Positions 60,950-64,000 of a stretch of DNA of 64,000 nt are shown piece after piece (the stretch's first letter is position 1; every line of letters begins with the position of its first letter). The stretch comes from Myxococcales bacterium (lineage in GTDB: Bacteria; Myxococcota_A; Polyangia; Haliangiales; Haliangiaceae), in NCBI GenBank assembly GCA_028287135.1, contig JAQBQE010000008.1, positions 3,155-67,154 on the forward strand. Direction: 5' to 3'. The position numbers were made by a program, and so were the translations under genes. Below the pieces are notes generated by a model. It searched no databases. It saw only the letters and a program-made list of their open reading frames with translations, and was not told the origin of the DNA.

Positions 60950-61327
60950 TCATCGCCGCGGCTTGGCGGGCACGGCCGGCTCGAGGGACTTGAGTCGCCA
61001 GAACCGCTGCTGCTTCGCGTAGTGCTCGGCGAGCCGGAACAGCAGATCCGGCTTGTCTGGGTCATCGTCCGGCGTCTTGTTCGCGAGCTGACGGAGGATG
61101 ACCTCCTGTTCGCGCCGGAGTGGCTCGGTCTGTGTCTCGATCGCCATCACCTCGTCGGCAGTCACCGCGCGCCCCTGGGTCGTCGTCGGCTGGATCGGCT
61201 TGACGCGGTCCGAGAACGTCACGTCGATCGCGAGCTTCGGTTTGCGGGTGTACCTGGGAGGATCCGCATACGCCGGCGTGGCGAGCAGCATGCCGAGCAG
61301 CACGAGCGATCGGTTCGCGCCGGCCAA
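60950..61327 (-). CDS. secreted protein, short (125 aa), resembles the N-terminal part of TPR-type proteins
   Basis: Signal peptide [21 protein letters not shown]. ...[41 protein letters not shown]. Contains the left copy of the 39-nt direct repeat. Confidence 0.55.
   Translation of the reverse strand: MAGANRSLVLLGMLLATPAYADPPRYTRKPKLAIDVTFSDRVKPIQPTTTQGRAVTADEVMAIETQTEPLRREQEVILRQLANKTPDDDPDKPDLLFRLAEHYAKQQRFWRLKSLEPAVPAKPRR
61079..61117. repeat. left copy of perfect 39-nt direct repeat
   Basis: GTTCGCGAGCTGACGGAGGATGACCTCCTGTTCGCGCCG is identical at 63923-63961. The flanks are unrelated. Confidence 0.95.
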
Positions 61328-61467
61328 GCGGTCGTCACGACCCTGTGCCCGCGCGTCACGTTGTTGTCGCGGTTACTGCTGCGAGGCGCGCGGTAGCGTC
61401 GCTTTGTCGTTGGCGGTCGTGCTGCGCGACTGTCACGCACCGCCGTACGTCCGGAGATACAGCCGCC

Positions 61468-62682
61468 ATGTGGACCCGCGCCCTTCCTGCTCTCCTGCTC
61501 GCTCTCCTCGGGTGCTCGAACCACGCCGGTGGTGATGATCAAGGCGGCCTCGAAGGCCCGCCCGGTCCCGAGGGACCGCAAGGACCGCAGGGTCCCGCCG
61601 GCCCGCAGGGTCCTCCCGGTGAGGTCACGGTCCTCGACGGTGGAACGATCCAGGGACCTCCCGGCCCGCAGGGTCCCGCCGGCCCGCAAGGTGCGGTCGG
61701 TCCGGCAGGCGCGCAGGGTCCGATCGGCCCGATGGGTATCGCGGGCGCGGCGGGCGCGACCGGTGCGGCGGGTACCGCGGGCGCCATGGGCCCGATGGGC
61801 ATGGCAGGACCGGCGGGACCGCCCGGACCCACCGGTGCCCAAGGCGTTCCGGGATCGATGGGCCCTGGTGGTGCGGTGACCGGGGAGGCCGCGGCCCAGT
61901 TCGCGGGCTTCACGTCGACGACGTACCCTGGCGTCGCAGGCGGTCGCGAGGTGATGCATGCGCGGTGCGCCGCCGCGTTCACCGGCTCGCACCTCTGTCA
62001 CGTCGCCGAGTATCACCTGGCGAACACGGCGACGATTCCGCCCGCGAGTGGCGCGTGGCTCGACATGAGCGGCGGCATCGACGGTTACAACGGGAACGTC
62101 ACGGTGTCCAACGAGCTCGGCAGTGTCGACCTCGGTCGCTGGACCTCGCAGTCGTACTCCGGCAACTGCAACAACTGGACGGCTGCCGTCGAAGGCAGCA
62201 CCAGCACGTTTGGCGAGACAATCAATCCGACGACGCACACCACGGTGCAGTGCACGATCTCGCACGCGCTCGCCTGCTGCTCGACACCGTACGTCGAGGG
62301 GTTCCGTGGCTTCACCACCGCAACCGTCTCCGGCGTTCATTCCGGAGGCCGCGCCGCGATGCACCAGCTCTGCGGCGCGCAGTTCGCGGGCAGTCACATG
62401 TGCCACATCGCCGAGTACCAGCGCGCGACCCCGACCGTCTCGCCACCGGCCTCCGGTGCGTGGCTCGACATGAGTGGCTATCTGCGATCGTCGGGCAGCG
62501 TGGCGAACGAGATCGCAACCCTGCACGCAGGCCGCTGGGCATCGAAGCTCTACTCGGGAAACTGCAACAACTGGACGGCCGCGATCGAGGGCAGCACCAG
62601 CACGTTTGGCGAGACGATCACGCCCACCGGTCACATGACGCAGCTGTGCACGGGCACCCGCCCGATCGCGTGTTGCGAATAG
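61468..62682 (+). CDS. collagen-like lipoprotein with two C-terminal Cys-rich DUF1554/endostatin-like domains (paralogue A)
   Basis: Lipobox LLALLGC. Gly-X-Y: 9 triplets, a 9-residue break (TVLDGGTIQ), then 25 triplets (nt 61546-61878). Two ~125-aa domains (nt 61900-62280 and 62302-62679), each with F.GFT...GV.GGR..MH..C...F.GSH.CH..EY...GAW.D.SG...NC..WT......C......ACC. Confidence 0.85.
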   Translation: MWTRALPALLLALLGCSNHAGGDDQGGLEGPPGPEGPQGPQGPAGPQGPPGEVTVLDGGTIQGPPGPQGPAGPQGAVGPAGAQGPIGPMGIAGAAGATGAAGTAGAMGPMGMAGPAGPPGPTGAQGVPGSMGPGGAVTGEAAAQFAGFTSTTYPGVAGGREVMHARCAAAFTGSHLCHVAEYHLANTATIPPASGAWLDMSGGIDGYNGNVTVSNELGSVDLGRWTSQSYSGNCNNWTAAVEGSTSTFGETINPTTHTTVQCTISHALACCSTPYVEGFRGFTTATVSGVHSGGRAAMHQLCGAQFAGSHMCHIAEYQRATPTVSPPASGAWLDMSGYLRSSGSVANEIATLHAGRWASKLYSGNCNNWTAAIEGSTSTFGETITPTGHMTQLCTGTRPIACCE

Positions 62683-62690
62683 GAGATGCC

Positions 62691-63866
62691 ATGCTCGCCC
62701 GATCTCTGATCGCAACGCTGCTCGCTCTCGCGGCGTGCTCCAACCATGCTGGCGGTGAGGATCAAGGCAGCGTCGAAGGCCCGCCCGGTCCCGAAGGTCC
62801 ACAGGGTCCACAGGGTCCGCAGGGACCGCAAGGCCCGCAAGGCCCTCCCGGCGAGGTCACCGTCCTCGACGGTGGAACGCTCCAGGGACCTCCCGGTCCG
62901 CAAGGTCCACAAGGTCCCGCCGGTGCTGTCGGTCCGCAAGGGCCGCAAGGTCCCCAAGGCGCGACCGGTGCTGCCGGTGCTGCCGGTGTTGCCGGTGCGA
63001 TGGGAATGACGGGCGCGACCGGACCCGCGGGACCGCCCGGTTCGCTGGGTCCGCAGGGTGTGGCGGGTGCGATGGGTCCTGGAGGGATGGTCACCGGCGA
63101 GGCCGCTTCGCAGTTCGCCGGATTCACGACCACCCCGATCAGCGGCGTCGCGGGAGGTCGCGAGGCGATGCACGCGCGCTGCGCCGCGGCGTTCACCGGC
63201 GCGCACCTGTGCCACTTCTCCGAGTACTACCTCTCCAACTCAGCGACGATTCCGCCGAGCGACGGCGCGTGGATCGACTCGAGCGGCGGCATCGAGGCCT
63301 CCGCATCTGACGCATCGCCGATCGGCGGCACCGGCCACATCCGGCTCGGCCGCTATGCCGGTGCCTCGCAGGTCAACTGCGGGAGCTGGACCGGTTCCGG
63401 GACGCTCGGCTACGTCCTCACCATCAGCGGCCAGTCGCAGACGCAGTGCTCGACCACGCACAGGCTCGCGTGCTGCACCACGCCGTTCACCGAGGGCTTT
63501 CGCGGCTTCACCACCGCGACGGTCACCGGCGCTCGGCCGGGGGGTCGCGCCGAGATGAACCAGCTGTGCGGCGCGCAGTTTGCCGGCAGCCACCTCTGCC
63601 ACAAAGCCGAGTACGAGCGCGCGTCGCCGACGGTCACGCCACCCGCGGCGGGCGTGTGGATCGAATCGAGTGCGTACCTCCGCACGCAGGGCGATTCGTC
63701 GCCGGAGAACAACGTCGCCACGGCCGAGATGGGCCGGTACACCGCCGCGACCCAGCTCAACTGCTCGGCGTGGACGCAGTCGGGATCGCTCGGATACAGC
63801 CTGTCGGTGAATGGACTCTCGCAGGGCCCGTGCACGGTGAGCCACGCGCTGGCGTGCTGCGACTAG
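62691..63866 (+). CDS. collagen-like lipoprotein with two C-terminal Cys-rich DUF1554/endostatin-like domains (paralogue B)
   Basis: RBS AGGAG at 62681-62685, 8 nt after the stop of paralogue A. Lipobox LALAAC. 9 + 23 Gly-X-Y triplets with the same TVLDGGTLQ break (nt 62778-63092), then two Cys-rich domains ending ...ACCD. Confidence 0.85.
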   Translation: MLARSLIATLLALAACSNHAGGEDQGSVEGPPGPEGPQGPQGPQGPQGPQGPPGEVTVLDGGTLQGPPGPQGPQGPAGAVGPQGPQGPQGATGAAGAAGVAGAMGMTGATGPAGPPGSLGPQGVAGAMGPGGMVTGEAASQFAGFTTTPISGVAGGREAMHARCAAAFTGAHLCHFSEYYLSNSATIPPSDGAWIDSSGGIEASASDASPIGGTGHIRLGRYAGASQVNCGSWTGSGTLGYVLTISGQSQTQCSTTHRLACCTTPFTEGFRGFTTATVTGARPGGRAEMNQLCGAQFAGSHLCHKAEYERASPTVTPPAAGVWIESSAYLRTQGDSSPENNVATAEMGRYTAATQLNCSAWTQSGSLGYSLSVNGLSQGPCTVSHALACCD

Positions 63867-63874
63867 CACCACCT

Positions 63875-64000
63875 TTACGCCGGCGTGATCTGCGCGCGCC
63901 AGACGTTTCCGGGCTTCGAATGGTTCGCGAGCTGACGGAGGATGACCTCCTGTTCGCGCCGCTCTGCGCGGCAGCGTCGCTTCATCGTTTGGCTGCCGAG
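63875..64000 (-). CDS. 3' end of a gene entering from the right edge; contains the right repeat copy
   Basis: My reverse-strand translation is ...[41 protein letters not shown] (TAA = complement of 63875-63877). It shares [12 protein letters not shown] with 60950..61327 through the 39-nt repeat. Confidence 0.4.
   Translation of the reverse strand, partial: LGSQTMKRRCRAERREQEVILRQLANHSKPGNVWRAQITPA
63923..63961. repeat. right copy of perfect 39-nt direct repeat
   Basis: Identical to 61079-61117. Confidence 0.95.

Noticed and set aside
59005-61327. Treating the slightly less GC-biased 59-61 kb stretch as a horizontally acquired island
   Set aside because: I cannot compute composition reliably by eye, and there are no integrase, tRNA or IS boundaries. 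Only the 39-nt direct repeat further right is solid, and it is reported separately.
61219-62811. 530-aa reverse-strand ORF and several 100-190-aa ORFs over the collagen-like genes
   Set aside because: Gly-X-Y coding DNA is open in several frames. Only the + frame gives the lipobox, a regular Gly periodicity and conserved Cys domains in both paralogues.
61546-63092. Possible CRISPR or other non-coding tandem array, because of short GC-rich periodic repeats
   Set aside because: The periodicity is 9 bp (three codons, GPQ/GPP) and in frame within ORFs. There is no repeat-spacer structure.

Overview
This is a very GC-rich, gene-dense chromosomal segment with a strong G/C preference at codon position 3. 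The protein repertoire looks Myxococcota-like: many lipobox lipoproteins, a Ser/Thr kinase with a TPR tail next to an ECF-type sigma factor, a type IV pilin-like protein, an AgmX/PglI-type TonB-like C-terminal domain, and M13/M50/S9 peptidases. The taxon call is inference only. I call about 75 protein-coding genes on both strands, 2 probable frameshifted genes, 3 intrinsic terminators, 1 candidate small RNA or leader region, 1 REPIN/MITE-like inverted-repeat element and several short tandem repeats. I saw no rRNA, tRNA, CRISPR array, transposase or integrase. Many long ORFs in the supplied track are antisense shadows of real genes, which is typical of high-GC DNA, and were rejected. All family assignments come from motif recognition by eye, not from searches. 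The most interesting region is 59.2-64.0 kb. It holds two tandem paralogous lipoproteins (61468-62682 and 62691-63866). Each fuses about 32-34 collagen-like Gly-X-Y triplets to two Cys-rich domains that resemble the DUF1554/endostatin (C-type-lectin-fold) family, an arrangement reminiscent of metazoan multiplexin collagens. The pair is bracketed by a perfect 39-nt direct repeat and lies 1.5 kb from a prolyl-4-hydroxylase-like 2OG-Fe(II) oxygenase. Other notable items:
- a eukaryote-like protein arginine methyltransferase
- a MoaB-like/TM/TonB-like fusion protein
- a pilin with a roughly 150-aa Thr/Gly/Ser tail
- a molybdoenzyme translationally coupled to a truncated haemoglobin
- a Ser/Thr kinase carrying a zinc-anti-sigma motif, placed head-to-head with its sigma factor
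- a cysteine-less DsbA homologue
- a 231-bp hairpin element between convergent genes
- a strong reverse-strand terminator with no annotated gene to terminate
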